Shown: positions 37,010 through 51,959, numbered from the whole stretch's first letter. The stretch is DNA of 63,689 nucleotides, filler included, from Octopus bimaculoides (GCF_001194135.2; 6 parts of 6 records of this genome joined end to end with filler, not necessarily neighbours in it), one strand, 5' to 3'. Notes: generated from the sequence alone by a model not told the origin. Made by a program: numbers and translations.

Positions 37010-37260
37010 TCCATTAATAAATTGGGTTCTGAGTTGCTCAAACACTGCATACAGTCTAGATGTTACCCCTTCTGGCTATTATCTCTTTGGACCGCTCAAA
37101 CAACCTCTACACGGTTGTCGATTTGCTATGGACGAAGTGGAAAATGGCGCGTAAATAGCTGAGCGACCAGTCAAAAATCTTCTACAAAAACCGTCTTCTC
37201 AAAACTTGAGGGCCGCGGGAAGAAGTGCTTCGCAAAATAAGGGGATTATGTCCCAAAATT
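37010..37260 (+). mobile_element. mariner transposase catalytic/C-terminal relic
   Basis: AYSLDVTPSGYYLFGPLKQPLHGCRF is a degenerate YSPDLAPSDYHLF motif. Confidence 0.75.
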
Positions 37261-37399
37261 ATGTAATTGTCCGCCCCTGCTTTTGTTTTGCTAAATTACA
37301 CAAACAACAAGTGTGAGTACAATTTTTGACTTACCTTCTTATTTATGTATCCTAACATACATGCATATACCTTGTGTGTACGTATGTATACATACAAAC

Positions 37400-37451
<52 letters not shown>

Positions 37452-37697
37452 GCACATGTATATGTGTATGTTTGTGTGCGTATATGCGTGTATCTTTTTT
37501 GTATGTGCGTGTGTGCGTGTGTATGTGGTTGTGTGTATACCTGGAGATAACATTGACGAAAATATTTATCATTACGTCTTGTTTCCTTTGTGTATATTTT
37601 GCTTCCCACAGATAGAAGCCAGAAAATGACTTAGAATTTACTGAATACCATGCAATTTATATATNNNNNNNNNNNNNNNNNNNNNNNNNNNNNNNNN

Positions 37698-37729
<32 letters not shown>

Positions 37730-37902
37730 TTTCTTGAATTGTTGCATTGCAGAAAATAAATCTATATAACCTCATTATGTATTGTATATCACTGTTTAAC
37801 ATACCATATGCATGACAAACAGTCGTATATTTTGCATGCTGAATGTTGCACTTCTTGGATTAGAGGAAATGAGATTGATCTTCCAATAAATTATTATATG
37901 AA

Positions 37903-37936
<34 letters not shown>

Positions 37937-39319
37937 CAAAGTTTATCATTATATGTCTTATATTGAATTTCTTCTTCCATTTATAAAAACGTGTAGAATC
38001 ATAAAATTGCAGATGGTATATTTTTAAGACTTAAATTGTTGTTAAAGGAGATGGATAGGGTAAAATCAACATTCCAAAAATTTCTTATCTGTATATATAG
38101 AATAAAGAAATTTTGTTTTGTGCTTAAGAAACACGTACATTTTAATCTTTGACATTATTATAGATGTTTCTGTTTGCGCACAATGCCACTTTTACTAATG
38201 CTGCACCGGAGTATTTCTGGTTTTGATTAGCTTCCATCTGAACATATGGAACATAGTGCCAAACAATCATTACCACTTTTACTTAAATGCACATGGTGTT
38301 GTTGACGTCCGGCCCACAGGTCAACAATGATCAGTCACATATAACTATAATGAGAGTAATTTTAGTGATGGCTATATGGTCTTTATTTTTAAGTATAATG
38401 TGATGAAGATTACCTAATCTAATGGGTTATATTCTTTTTAAAATGGTTTGATATTAAAATTGATTTGAGAGATTAAAAGATGTAAGATATATTTAAAAAA
38501 ACACTTTACAAAGGGCAAACATTATATGATATAGAACTCAATACACTGGGTAGAGGAGATAAAAATGTTTATTATATCAAACACTTACTGTCTACGATGA
38601 GTTTCGCCCCGGATTTGGGTGTTCAGGACTATAATGATCAGTCCTACGAGAGGCTACTGTTGATGTACACACACACAATGGATTACATGGTTCTGTGAAT
38701 ATGTGTCCTTCCGTAGTGTGTTGTGTAATAAATCTGAAGTTGCTGTAAATGAAACTATGTTTCCATTTCAAGATCATTTTGAGGTATCTAAAGGATATCT
38801 AAAGAATGAGCATTTCATTGGATATGTGCATGCTAGTCAAGAGGTTTTGAAATTGGACGGGAAATGAGATCTAATTAAAAACTTGCATGAAATAATAATC
38901 CTTTCTACTATAGCCAAAAAGGCCTGAAGTTTTGGAGGAGGAGACTAGTCAATTACGTCGACCCCAGTGATCAACTGGTACTTATTTCATCAACCTCGAA
39001 AGAATGAAGGTAAAGTCGACTGTGCATGATATATAGATATGACAAAGAGCTGTCAAAGCATGCCATTCTGATAAATTATTAGGGATAGTGGAGACTCCAT
39101 CAGAAAGCGGTCCCCCAGAATTGTTCATGTAAGAAACTGTCAAAACCTTTGTTATGGACTAAATTTGTCTCCGAAATATTATCTTAAAATTTGTGTCTCT
39201 GTTTGAATCTATGAACTACTCTGCACTAAAATATTTCCAGGGCAATTCTGCCGCGCAAGAAAGTTGTTTGTGCAGTCGGCGTTAATGTTTTTTCTCGGAA
39301 AAAAGGAATAAGTACAATG

Positions 39320-39530
39320 TACATGGGGGTGTTGCACTCATGATCGTAAGATTGTGGTTTCAATTCCTGGACCGCACGATGCACTGTGTTCTTGAGCACA
39401 CATTTGAACACTTGATTTGACGTTACTCCAGTGAACTCAGCTGGCCAAATGAGTAATCCTCGGATGGTTGTCGTCCCGTCCAGCGGGAGGAATATATACA
39501 GCACAGAATCTGGGAAACTGGCATTAAGAA
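39320..39530 (+). mobile_element. tRNA-derived SINE (family D); also at 44470-44560(+) and 46865-47100(-)
   Basis: Shared CACTCATGATCGTAAGATTGTGGTTTCAATTCCTGGAC head with a B-box. Confidence 0.65.
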
Positions 39531-39581
39531 CTCATGACATCAAATTATTTTGATATACACACACATACACAAATATGTATG

Positions 39582-39620
<39 letters not shown>

Positions 39621-40534
39621 NNNNNNNNNNNNNNNNNNNNNNNNNNNNNNNNNNNNNNNNNNNNNNNNNNNNNNNNNNNNNNNNNNNNNNNNNNNNNNNN
39701 NNNNNNNNNNNNNNNNNNNNNNNNNNNNNNNNNNNNNNNNNNNNNNNNNNNNNNNNNNNNNNNNNNNNNNNNNNNNNNNNNNNNNNNNNNNNNNNNNNNN
39801 NNNNNNNNNNNNNNNNNNNNNNNNNNNNNNNNNNNNNNNNNNNNNNNNNNNNNNNNNNNNNNNNNNNNNNNNNNNNNNNNNNNNNNNNNNNNNNNNNNNN
39901 NNNNNNNNNNNNNNNNNNNNNNNNNNNNNNNNNNNNNNNNNNNNNNNNNNNNNNNNNNNNNNNNNNNNNNNNNNNNNNNNNNNNNNNNNNNNNNNNNNNN
40001 NNNNNNNNNNNNNNNNNNGATAAAAATTGACAGAATTGAAAGTTTGAAAGATATACATACATATATACATACATACGAACAGACAGACAGACAAACTGAC
40101 AGACAAATAGATAGATGGATAGATAGATAGATAGATAAGAGAGGGAACAAAATTTCTCAAAACATCATCCTTAATGGTTCATCAGACTTAGCTTTGTTTA
40201 TATATTTAAATATTTATGGCGTTTTGATTTTCTACTTTGAATTACATTATTTAGGAAAAGATCATCTGATTTGTAGTTAAAGAGATCTTAATAATCATTG
40301 TTGATTTTCAGGTAATTAATTAAAATAGTTGGTCGGAAGATGAAACATTTTCTGAATTTCTAATGGACCTAAAAGTGCTTAACGTTCAAACCCAATTAGA
40401 TGCTAAAATGTTATGCCAGCAATTTCTGCTTCACATCGTCTTTGCAATTTAATTTGCTGTCATGCCAACTTCCAGCCGACTTGAGTTGAAACATTACGTG
40501 TATACACACACACATCTATCTCTTTTTCTCTCTT

Positions 40535-40608
<74 letters not shown>

Positions 40609-40630
40609 TTGTAGATAGATAGATAGATAA

Positions 40631-40675
<45 letters not shown>

Positions 40676-42043
40676 CAGACAGACCGACACATAATAGATA
40701 GAAACTAAAGCAACAACTTTCTGTTGTCACGTACAGTCTTTGCCTTCTGTTCCGTGCCACTATCAAGCAATTGGAAATGAATTTTTCGTCAAACTTAATA
40801 TTTACAAGAAAGTGAATCATGTAAATTTAATTTTATAGTATATTGCATTCGAGAATAAGATTATATTCGGAGGTGCCACATTTCTAGTTGAGTATTCTGT
40901 CTATGATATGCAGAGTTTGTTGAGACGTATTAGAAGAGGAACCTTGTTTAATTACAAGTTTTACTTTTCTGGCTGTTCAAACGGATGAAACAGAGAAGCA
41001 GCGTGACGATATATAAGTAAAACATTTTTTGAACTTTATAATGTATTGACTATGCCCTGAAAACTGGTCATATAGCTAAAAGCAACATTTCGACATTTAG
41101 TTAGGCATGAACAATAAAACTTCAATAACAGTCACCACATTTGTATCTTATGTGTATTCTATAGATACGATATTGAGGACATAAAATGCCGTGTGTTCTG
41201 CACGGGAAAAGTTCAAAAAATTTCATTCTATGTTGGCGGATTAATAATTTTTTAACCCTTATCAACTGAAAATCACGAATTTAATGCCAAATCGCTTCAC
41301 ATACTGAGAAGGCTGGGTAATCATTCCTGGAGGTCTAGCATACAAAACTAAAAGAGCATCTTAAAGACTAACTCTGGTTTTAAAATGAGGAAGATCTTTG
41401 GATTTATCTGTTGCTGGACCTCTACAAACAGCGATGATGAGGGTACTGCCCTAATATCTGGGTCATACAGGCATTCTAGGCTGCATCCAGTGAAGGTAAT
41501 TCGGCTGAATGCCAACAACTAAAATGTTACAACTCGACGTTTGTGAGTGTGTGTGTGTGAGTGTGTGCACGTGCGTGTGGGTTAATGCCAGTTCTTAGTC
41601 TTTAAAGGGAGGTAAATGTCTAAATGAGTGTAACAGTCTTGGCCAAGCTAACCATTTGATAAAAGGAATTCAATAATTTGAGTACAATAAGCAGAACTTG
41701 GGTCGTTATGGTTTGCGAAATTCTCCAAGGTGCATGGTTACAGTCAAATGAACGGCTGCAGTAAAATTAATGAAACCAATGAATAAATAAAAGAATGCTG
41801 TTTTTATCAAATTTTACAATGATATTAATTTAACAATATATTGTAGAGGTCTGTATATATTTCGAGATATTCTCGGTCATACATTCTGAAGAGAAGGAAT
41901 AAACTGTCTGTTGTTATTTCTGATGGACTGAAGGTGAGACTCGATGAAACGATATTGGCGGTTGGAAATACTTCAGTTGTGGTATTTGGTTACTTATTGC
42001 TAAGAGTGAAAGTTGTTTGTTGAATTTTGCATTATAACGTTTA

Positions 42044-42118
<75 letters not shown>

Positions 42119-42839
42119 CTTTCTTCTATATAAGGTGGGCTGATTCTATAATCATAAAAATGGATGTCACCACCGCAAAGAAAAATATTTGATAGTTCTC
42201 ATACCATATACTCATAGCATACAAAATAAGTCTTATTGGTATTAAGCACTTTTATCAACAAGGAAAGTATGTAGGAAAACTGATGGAAGATTCAACTTGC
42301 CACTGCCCGCTGAATCTCTCGGTGCACGCCTACAGGCAAAATCTTACTTTCCATTCGTTTCCATCGAACCACACTTTTATTAATACTCCTCCGTAACTTC
42401 CAATTGTTCAGTTTCTATTCTCTGATCCCATATTCACTCCATTCTTTCTCCCACTCTCCGCTTGTTTTCTATAAAAAAGATAAAATCCTCGGCTATCTTT
42501 ATGTCAGAAGCCTCCAAACATCCAGCTATACTCAAGTCACTTTCAATTTCAATCACCGCAGCTTTACTGATCTGTTTCCCTACATTAGTAACGTTACTTA
42601 CTGAAAATCTTTGTACTATATCATACATTTCAGTTGTACGTCTCCTATCATCATATACTGCATCAAGAGCGAACTCTTTTTCAGCCTCTATGTTGATGAA
42701 ACAGGCCGTTGATTGGCTGATTGTTTAGAAGGCATCTTTTCATCGTTCTCCATTGCTCTTCTGGCCAACAAGGAAATTCTGATTTCATTAACCATTGTGT
42801 TGTCAGATAAATTCGTTTGTTTTTCCCGTTTATTTTAAT

Positions 42840-43560
42840 ATTTAGTTTTCATTGACAGTTTTAACAATCGGTCAATAATATATTCTCGCACATTGTTTAC
42901 GAATTCTTGCTGAAGTTCCACTATCTTGTCAATGCCTTGACGATAAAATTTCATCCAGCTATCTTTCCATCTCCGTTGTTGAACGAAACGCCTCACTGAG
43001 TGTTGGGAAGAGACTAAAAGAAACGATAATCTGACGGCGCTATGTCTGGAGAATCGACCGAGTGCGGTAGAACACTTCAACCAAAATCTTGAATAGCGTT
43101 TTGGGCCAATTTAGCGACGCGGGTGTGAGTGTCATCGCATTGAAGAAACACGCCGCATCACCGGTTCTGTTATTGGGAACTTAACCGCAAGTGAAAGTGA
43201 CGGGTGACTGTATCAAGAGAGCATCCCATCTGCTGGGCTATTTCTCTGGTAGTTTGGCGCAAATCTTCATGGCTGATCTAGTTCAATCGACCCTCATTGA
43301 ACCGAACAGGTCGGCGGGAACGTGGAGAGTCTATGTAGTCAAATTTAACTTTTAAACATAAAAGACATTACTGTAAATTTATCTACAGTTATTTCAATGA
43401 AAGTACTTCTTGGTACAAAGAACGAATGTTTTGAGCAACTTTGACAGCATTGGGATTTTGATTGAAAATGAAGAGAATCACCTGTTGAAGATGCTCTTTT
43501 TTTTTTGTACATGACAATCCATCTATGTATGTCTGGAAAGAGGTAAAACCTATTCAAATT
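42840..43560 (-). mobile_element. mariner (Mos1/Himar-like) transposase relic, internally deleted
   Basis: N-terminal HTH MDCHVQ...VILFIFNQ.PNAVKVAQNI, SPRSRRPVRFNE...TTREIAQQMGCS; DSPDIAPSDYRFF; FYRQGIDKIVE. Confidence 0.8.
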
Positions 43561-44177
43561 TCAAAAATGATAAACAAAAATAGTAGAGGAGGAATAGAGC
43601 TACAAAAAATTCAAACACAATGATAACGATTTCTGTCCTGTTAATTCAAATAACATTGAGAAGAAATGAATGAATTTATCTGACAATCTAGTATTTCTCG
43701 GTATAAAGCATGTATGTTCTTTACGAAGATCATACTCCTTTAAACACGTGGAACAACACAGCATATTTGGTCTCGGAAAATTTTCGCCTATGGTTCTAAA
43801 TGAGCGTTGTTTCCTTTTCACTTCTGAATTCCACCTCACTCCACCTGCTTTTTCTTTGTTTGTTATACAAATGCTTTTAATGGAATGCTTTCGTGTGTGT
43901 GTGTGTATGTGTGTGTGTGTGTGCTTGTATGCCTCGGTTACCATGCAGGCCGGGATCATATCTTCCGCTGTTAATGTATACGACCCCAAGTACATATATA
44001 AATGTAATGCAGATATACACATTATGTCTAAGTTTGTAGACACATTATAACTGCTATACAAATCGTAATAGGATTTTCATTTGTATTCATTCTAAATTAT
44101 TCTCTAGATTACTCTTTTGTTTCAAAATTGGACGCAAATGCATGAAAGAATTAGGAAAAAGTATATAAATACATACG

Positions 44178-44380
44178 TGGAGACGCAATGGTCCAGTGGT
44201 TAGGGCAGCGAACTCGTGATCGGAGGATCGCGGTTTCGATTCCCAGAACGGGCGTTGTGTGTGTTTATTGAGCAAAAACACCTAAAGAATCACGAGGCTC
44301 CAGCAGGGGGTGGTGGCGACACTTGTTGTAATCTTTCGCCCCAACTTTTTTTCCCTTTTTTTTTTCCTGTTTCTTGAGTA
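44178..44380 (+). mobile_element. tRNA-derived SINE (family C)
   Basis: A-box TGGTCCAGTGG and B-box GGTTTCGATTCC, followed by a non-tRNA body. Confidence 0.7.
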
Positions 44381-46618
44381 AAAAGCTAGGGGAAAACATA
44401 TACGTCATGGAAACCGTGAAACCGGCCCTATGCTCCGTAAGGGGCTACGAGGATTTCCATATAAGTACATGTGTTTTAATGGTGTTTCACTCATGATCAT
44501 AAGATTGTGGTTTCAATTCCTGGACTTCACGAGGCAATGTGTTCTTGAGCAGAGATTCACAGAGGAACAGTAAAAGCTATTATTATTTCATTTCAGAGAA
44601 ATAGATTTATGGATTAGGTTAAGCTTGCTCAAGATACATTTTAGTTCCATTCTCAAATAGAAAATGATATTTGTGGACTACTGAATTTCTCTCCGGGCTT
44701 TGGAGGTAAAACATTTAACGAAGAATTTCTCGCAGTACGAAGATTATACAAACATACATACATGCATNNNNNNNNNNNNNNNNNNNNNNNNNNNNNNNNN
44801 NNNNNNNNNNNNNNNNNNNNNNNNNNNNNNNNNNNNNNNNNNNNNNNNNNNNNNNNNNNNNNNNNNNNNNNNNNNNNNNNNNNNNNNNNNNNNNNNNNNN
44901 NNNNNNNNNNNNNNNNNNNNNNNNNNNNNNNNNNNNNNNNNNNNNNNNNNNNNNNNNNNNNNNNNNNNNNNNNNNNNNNNNNNNNNNNNNNNNNNNNNNN
45001 NNNNNNNNNNNNNNNNNNNNNNNNNNNNNNNNNNNNNNNNNNNNNNNNNNNNNNNNNNNNNNNNNNNNNNNNNNNNNNNNNNNNNNNNNNNNNNNNNNNN
45101 NNNNNNNNNNNNNNNNNNNNNNNNNNNNNNNNNNNNNNNNNNNNNNNNNNNNNNNNNNNNNNNNNNNNNNNNNNNNNNNNNNNNNNNNNNNNNNNNNNNN
45201 NNNNNNNNNNNNNNNNNNNNNNNNNNNNNNNNNNNNNNNNNNNNNNNNNNNNNNNNNNNNNNNNNNNNNNNNNNNNNNNNNNNNNNNNNNATATAATATA
45301 CATTACACACCATTACACACACAGATAAACATATACACTCACCACACACGTACGCGCGCACCCCCCACCCCCCAAACACAGATGCTCTGAAGTGCTTCCT
45401 AATATGTAATACAGAACAAGTAGATTGCTTAGCTAGGTATGTAATTAGGGGGTTGCTATATCTATCGTTAGTCAGATTGCTAGGTTGTTCTAGTTTATCG
45501 AAAGTGATTCTTCACGTATTCTTTTATCGTAAAGAATCGATTTTTCAGAGCTCGAATGTGTGCAGGGAACATTTGACGTGTCCTACTCATACACAAAAAT
45601 ACGTTTCAATCCAACAAATAATAAATTGAAACGTAAAGCTACAGCAAGAATATAAAACCCTTGATCAGGCGTAGCACCCCAAGTCAATTCGTGTTCTTAT
45701 TTTATATATTTTTATATTGTCGAGAAGAAAATTATCTGCTATCAAAAGATTAGAAAACAATAGTGTCAGACGCAGCTTCTCAAAATCCCGTAGATAGTGA
45801 AAACATGACTATTTCCGCATTTCAGTTTATTAGAGCGCTCTTTTGTTCTTGTCGCCATTGCTGCCGTCACACAACAAACTGAAAGTGAAAAAGAATTATT
45901 GAATTTAACTTAATTTTTGTTTTAAAAAAAGGTTCTATTATATCTTTCAAGGGCATTGATTAACGGATATTCAAGTGAACAATTCGTATTCATATAATAA
46001 AACATCTATTATTAAAACTGACAGAATTCGAACGCTGCTAGCGGGTAAGTTGTTGGAGGAAGAAAAGAAAAACAAAACAAATTATGTTTCTATGTTAAAA
46101 ACAGAAGTTTTCTGCTATCAAACGAATAAACCAGTAACCTTTCCTACTTAATCCAGTTTTATCTGCACACGTGATTACTATATTTACTATAAGTCATGAT
46201 AGTACAATTTTACAGCACGTTTACAAACATTTAAGATATCTAAGAAATAATTAGTTATTAATGCTGTTTAATGATATCGGTAGCATTAAATAGAATTTTT
46301 CGGTAAAGTATATTACAGGTTATCTCTCTTTTGTTTGTTACTTGATGAACAACTTTCGAATCTAGGTTCGAAAAACGACGGGTGGGAGTGGGGGGAAGGA
46401 GAAAACAAAAGGATTAATCACTTCCGAAAACAACAGAGTTTTTAATAGTTTGACGAAAGGGGGAGTGATAAACAGATAATAAGTGAAGTGGAGAAAGGCA
46501 GTGTGCACGTCAATGGAGTGTGTGCGTGTGGAAGAGATAGAGAGGGAGAGAGAGAGGGAGAGAGAGAGAGAAAGAGAGAAAGAAAGTGTTAAAGCGAGAG
46601 ATAGGGGAAAAGAAAGAT

Positions 46619-46656
<38 letters not shown>

Positions 46657-47172
46657 CATGCTTTCAATATAATATCACTGCCTACGAAGTATGCTTTACG
46701 TCAAAAATCTCATTGGTTATTTCAACGAATAATACTTTAACACACTGTTACAATAGTTCACAAATGCAGTTAATTTCAGAGACTCTGTCACTCTATAATC
46801 TCCATCATAAATATGTCTATAGGTGTGTTTTTCTATACATACATATACACACANNNNNNNNNNATATATATAATAAATGTTACTTTCTCGAGCCATACCA
46901 GGCTCATGAGGGCCGGTTTCAATAACGTATAAATTCCCCACCTGGATAGGACGTCGGTCCGTCGAAGGATTACTCATTTTTACCAGCTCATTGGAACGAA
47001 ATGTTTTGCTTTAGAACACAACGCGTCGCGCGGTTCAGAAATTGAAATCACAATCTTACGATCATGAGTTCAACACCACTAAGCCATGCACCTCCACTAC
47101 ATATATATATATGTGTGTGTTGGTCGATGTAGGTATACACATATGTATTGAGAGAGAATGAGAGAGAGAGAC

Positions 47173-47205
<33 letters not shown>

Positions 47206-47393
47206 AACGCACGCACGCACAACACAACACACATATTCAGATATCAAGATTTGCTTTAAACTGAAGAATTACTCAATTCCCTTTTAGTAGAGTCCATCTT
47301 TATTATTTGAATTTTACAAAGGCAAAAGTTCACTTGGAAATTTCGGTTGGCTTGCCTTCAAGAGACTGAAACTGATCTGTATGTGTGTGTGTA

Positions 47394-47432
<39 letters not shown>

Positions 47433-47544
47433 ACACGTAAATATCTGAAAATTGACAATGAATTCTCAAGACCGCATAAGACGAGTGGTGACAATCACTT
47501 AACTGCGAACTGCTAGCTTTCATCGGACTGTCTGTAATTCTTTA

Positions 47545-48200
47545 AAATTTTGACACAAGGCCAGAAATTGTTTGAGAGGAGTGTAGATCTATTCTTTTGA
47601 ACCTCAGTGCTCAACCGATCCCGATATTATGACCGTTATTTCAGAACGTAGAGAGTCGGATGAAATACCGCCCAGCAATTTTGTCTGGCGGTGCTAATGA
47701 ATCTGCCAGCTTGTCGCCTTATACAGAAGTATCGAGTAATCCTGCATTTTAATTTTAAATTCTTTTTAACATAACTCGACATATAAACAAATATTCTTTT
47801 CTACTCTAGGCACAAGGCCGGAAATTTTGGAGGAGGGGCTAGTCGATTAGATCGACCCCAGTACGCAACTGGTACTTAATTTATCGACCCCGAAAGTTTG
47901 AAAGGCAAAGTCAACCTCCGCGGAATTTGAACTCAGAAATACCACTAAATATTTTGTTTGGCATGCTAGCGTTTCTTATTTCTTTACTGCCCACAAGGGG
48001 CTACACTCAGAGGGGAAAAGCAAGGACAGATAAACGGATTAAGTCAACTCCTGTGCGTAACTGGTACTGATTTAATCGACCACGATGATGAAAGGCAAAG
48101 TCGACCCTCGGCGGAATTTGAACTCAGAACGTAGAGGCAGACGAAATAACGCTAAGTATTTCGCCCGGCATGCTAACGTTTCTGCCAGCTCGCCGCCCCC
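47545..48200 (-). mobile_element. Three tandem family-A SINEs
   Basis: Cores at ~47545-47720, 47798-47972 and 48045-48200. Confidence 0.8.
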
Positions 48201-48724
48201 TTCATATGAACAAATATTAATATACGAAGTGGTGCTGAAAATATCCCCTTCTCTCAGATTCACACACTTATTGCAGCATTACTTCAGTTTTTCTAAGCCC
48301 TGTAAAAGAAGGTTGAACCTCCATCCAGGCCTTTCGCGATACCTTAAAACCAGCAACTTTTCAGCACCCTCCACTATATATGAATGTNNNNNNNNNNCTT
48401 CTTCTTCTTCTTCTTCTTCTTCTTCTTCTTCTTCTTCTTCTTCTTCTCTATAAATCAAAAAACCATGTAGATGTTACGGAACTGAAAAATACTGTTTTAA
48501 GGGCGTGGCAAAGGCTCTCCCCCAAAATAGAAGGGTTGAAACTAGAAATTAATATGGTCAAACATCAAAACTAAGAACAAAGACAACATAAAAATAAGTG
48601 ATATAGCCAAAATCACCTGTAAGTTATAACTGATAATTTCCGCCCGGTTTCGAGCAAAGTGGATAATCTGTCTGTTTGTTCACCCTGAGTCCTGCTATTG
48701 TTAAACTAATAAAAGTAACCATTA

Positions 48725-48919
48725 TTTTTTTTATTCTTTTACTTGTTTCAGTCGTCTGACTGCGGCCATTCGTACTCAGGGCTTATTCTTTGTAAGCCTA
48801 GTAATTATTCTATCGACCCTTTTACCGAACCGTTAAGTTACGGGGATATAAACACACCAACATCGGTCGTCAAGTGATGGTGGGGGGACAAACACAGACA
48901 CACACACACACACATACAT

Positions 48920-48967
<48 letters not shown>

Positions 48968-49135
48968 GACAGGCTTCTTTCAGTTTCCGTCTACCAAATC
49001 AACTTACAAGGCTTTGGTCGGCCCGAGGCTTTAGCAGAAGACACTTGGCCAAGGTGCCACGCAGTGGGACTGAACCCGGAATCATGTGGTCTAGAGGCAA
49101 GCTTCTTACTACACAGCCACGTCTACGCCATTCCT
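48725..49135 (-). mobile_element. Family-B SINE, complete (head, CA/TA microsatellite, tail)
   Basis: Head GGCGTAGACGTGGCTGTGTAG...GGGTTCAGTCCC...CCTTGGCCAAGTGTCTTCT and tail ...GACTGAAACAAGTAAAAGA. Confidence 0.8.
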
Positions 49136-49369
49136 CATATAATAAATAAATAAATGAAGAAATTCCTATTTAAGAAGGTGGATGGGTTTAAGGACATAAC
49201 CAGCAAACTGAGAAATACCCAACTGTTAAAAACATAAGCAACTACACAAACAGGACGCGGTGCTCACAAGCTGTCCAAGTAAAATTTTTAAAATAAATTA
49301 AAATACCTCATTGCGACAATCCAGACACTGAGAAGAATTGAAAAAGCTATGGGATTATTCTCTGGGACG

Positions 49370-49690
49370 AAGACAGAAATGATATGCAGGGATTTATATG
49401 TGGAAGAAAATAGAAGCCACAGTTACAGATCTTGGTTTGAGAGCTATATCAATCACTTAGAGAGTGCTGAAGGAATCGCACCCCGTCAAAAGTTAAGACC
49501 AAGTTAAGATGAGGCACGCGGGTGTTTAATGTCATTGAAATAAAGCACAAGTTATATAACATAACATTTATTCAAGCAGCACCAAAATAATCTTCTGAAT
49601 TCCTGGATGAGCTAACATCATGGCAAATGGGCAAAGGCTTTCCTTTGAAATCAGCATCGCAGAAACAGTAACAATAGAACAGAAATGCTC
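49370..49690 (+). mobile_element. CR1-like 3' relic, highly diverged
   Basis: Weak collinear similarity to 34120-34470 (atatgtggaag...gagctatatcaatcac...ttcctggatgag). Confidence 0.45.
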
Positions 49691-50416
49691 CAAAATAGCC
49701 ACAGCTCATAGGCTTGAACCACTAATAGGGTGAAACAAAATTTATACATATGTATGTATGCATATATATTTCATTGCGTATGCACACGCACACGTACACG
49801 CACGCACACACACACACACACACATACACACACACACACACACACACATAAACACACCAGCATTTATATGCATGTAAAGAATCTGGCTGGATAGTTGGAC
49901 GCATGGATGCACGCAAATATGATTATGTTTTCTACCGTGTGTGAGCGAATTTCGATATACGGAATAATCTATGCAGATAGAAAATATACCTGGGTAAGCA
50001 CATCAAGTTAAGCATGTAAGCGGTTACGTAAATACATATGGCTTTCTGCTTTAAGATATCAAATAGTACGTAGCATTGATCTCTATATTGGCGGAGGCAT
50101 ATGCCGTTTGTATTATATGGACACCAACACATATCTTTATATATTTGTGCGTATGTGTATGTGTTTGCATGTGAGCGAGTGTCTGTATGTTTGCATTAGT
50201 AGGTGTGTATGTATGTTTATGCAATAATAGTACGAATAAATTCATTCAAAGACTACATGTTAATGGAGGCAAATACATATACATACATGCATATACAAAC
50301 GCAAGACACACGCACACACACACACTGACATCCACACAAACTTACATAGACAATCGTACACAATTACACACATATACCAGCACATAAACAACATTATATA
50401 AACAGAATAACTCTTC

Positions 50417-50451
<35 letters not shown>

Positions 50452-51124
50452 NNNNNNNNNNNNNNNNNNNNNNNNNNNNNNNNNNNNNNNNNNNNNNNNN
50501 NNNNNNNNNNNNNNNNNNNNNNNNNNNNNNNNNNNNNNNNNNNNNNNNNNNNNNNNNNNNNNNNNNNNNNNNNNNNNNNNNNNNNNNNNNNNNNNNNNNN
50601 NNNNNNNNNNNNNNNNNNNNNNNNNNNNNNNNNNNNNNNNNNNNNNNNNNNNNNNNNNNNNNNNNNNNNNNNNNNNNNNNNNNNNNNNNNNNNNNNNNNN
50701 NNNNNNNNNNNNNNNNNNNNNNNNNNNNNNNNNNNNNNNNNNNNNNNNNNNNNNNNNNNNNNNNNNNNNNNNNNNNNNNNNNNNNNNNNNNNNNNNNNNN
50801 NNNNNNNNNNNNNNNNNNNNNNNNNNNNNNNNNNNNNNNNNNNNNNNNNNNNNNNNNNNNNNNNNNNNNNNNNNNNNNNNNNNNNNNNNNNNNNNNNNNN
50901 NNNNNNNNNNNNNNNNNNNNNNNNNNNNNNNNNNNNNNNNNNNNNNNNNNNNNNNNNNNNNNNNNNNNNNNNNNNNNNNNNNNNNNNNNNNNNNNNNNNN
51001 NNNNNNNNNNNNNNNNNNNNNNNNNNNNNNNNNNNNNNNNNNNNNNNNNNNNNNNNNNNNNNNNNNNNNNNNNNNNNNNNNNNNNNNNNNNNNNNNNNNN
51101 NNNNNNNNNNTATATATATGGATA

Positions 51125-51162
51125 CTATTTCAGAGTTTCAGTTGACCGTTCATCAGATAGTT
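51125..51162 (-). ncRNA. Degenerate hammerhead ribozyme motif (PLE pLTR relic)
   Basis: The minus strand reads aactat-CTGATGA-acggtcaact-GAAAC-tctgaa-atagt. Stem I pairs, but stems II and III are broken. Confidence 0.45.
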
Positions 51163-51429
51163 ATGATTAATACAGTATAGTTAAATTATGTGAGTATATG
51201 TATCTTATCTTGTTGTCATGTCTTTTTAAGAATATGGAATTACTAGGAGTGGATTCCCAGTTCCTTCGCTCCTTCCTTCGATCCTGCCCCTTTTAGTCGC
51301 CTCTTACGCCACGCAGGGAATACGGCGACTTCATTTTATCGCCCCCCCCCATCACAGGGAACTTTCTAGTTAGCTCATAGCTGGGACCCTTACAAGTGCT
51401 ACTACTCCAGGCCAGAGCAGACCTGGGAA

Positions 51430-51866
51430 CAATAGTAGCAAAGAGGTGCTTTGCCTGTTTTGTTACTGAGTATGTTGCTTTCTTGTTTTCATGCTTTGAG
51501 ACAAGTTTTAACATCCAACCATCAGAGTTTTTTAGGTAGGTGTCTAGGCATATTGTGTAAATCTTCATTGTCAATTCCAGTCGTAAAAGTCCACGGCCTC
51601 CCTCCTTTCTTGGCAGATACAATCGTTCTATATCTGCTTTAGAGTGGTGCATTCTATGCATTGTCAACAATTTTCGTATTTTTCTGTCAAGATTACATAT
51701 TTCAGTAATTGACCAGTTAATGATATTGAAATTGTAAGTCACGACTGGTATGGCTAATGTACTGATCGTTTCGACCCTGTTTCTTGCATTCAGCTCTGTC
51801 TTGAGTATTGCCCTTACCCTGCGATGATATTCTCTTCTGATCCTTTCTCTCATCACTGAATGTTTG
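51430..51866 (-). mobile_element. R4/Dong-like RT C-terminal fragment starting at a TAA array
   Basis: MRERIRREYHRRVRAILKTELNARNRVETISTLAIPVVTYNF...RLYLPRKEGGRGLL is homologous to 21039-21420. Confidence 0.85.
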
Positions 51867-51880
51867 ATTATTATTATTAA

Positions 51881-51959
<79 letters not shown>

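Noticed and set aside
43600-44061. 153-aa minus-strand ORF with CCSTC
   Set aside because: It runs through a CA microsatellite and has no recognisable domain or splice support.
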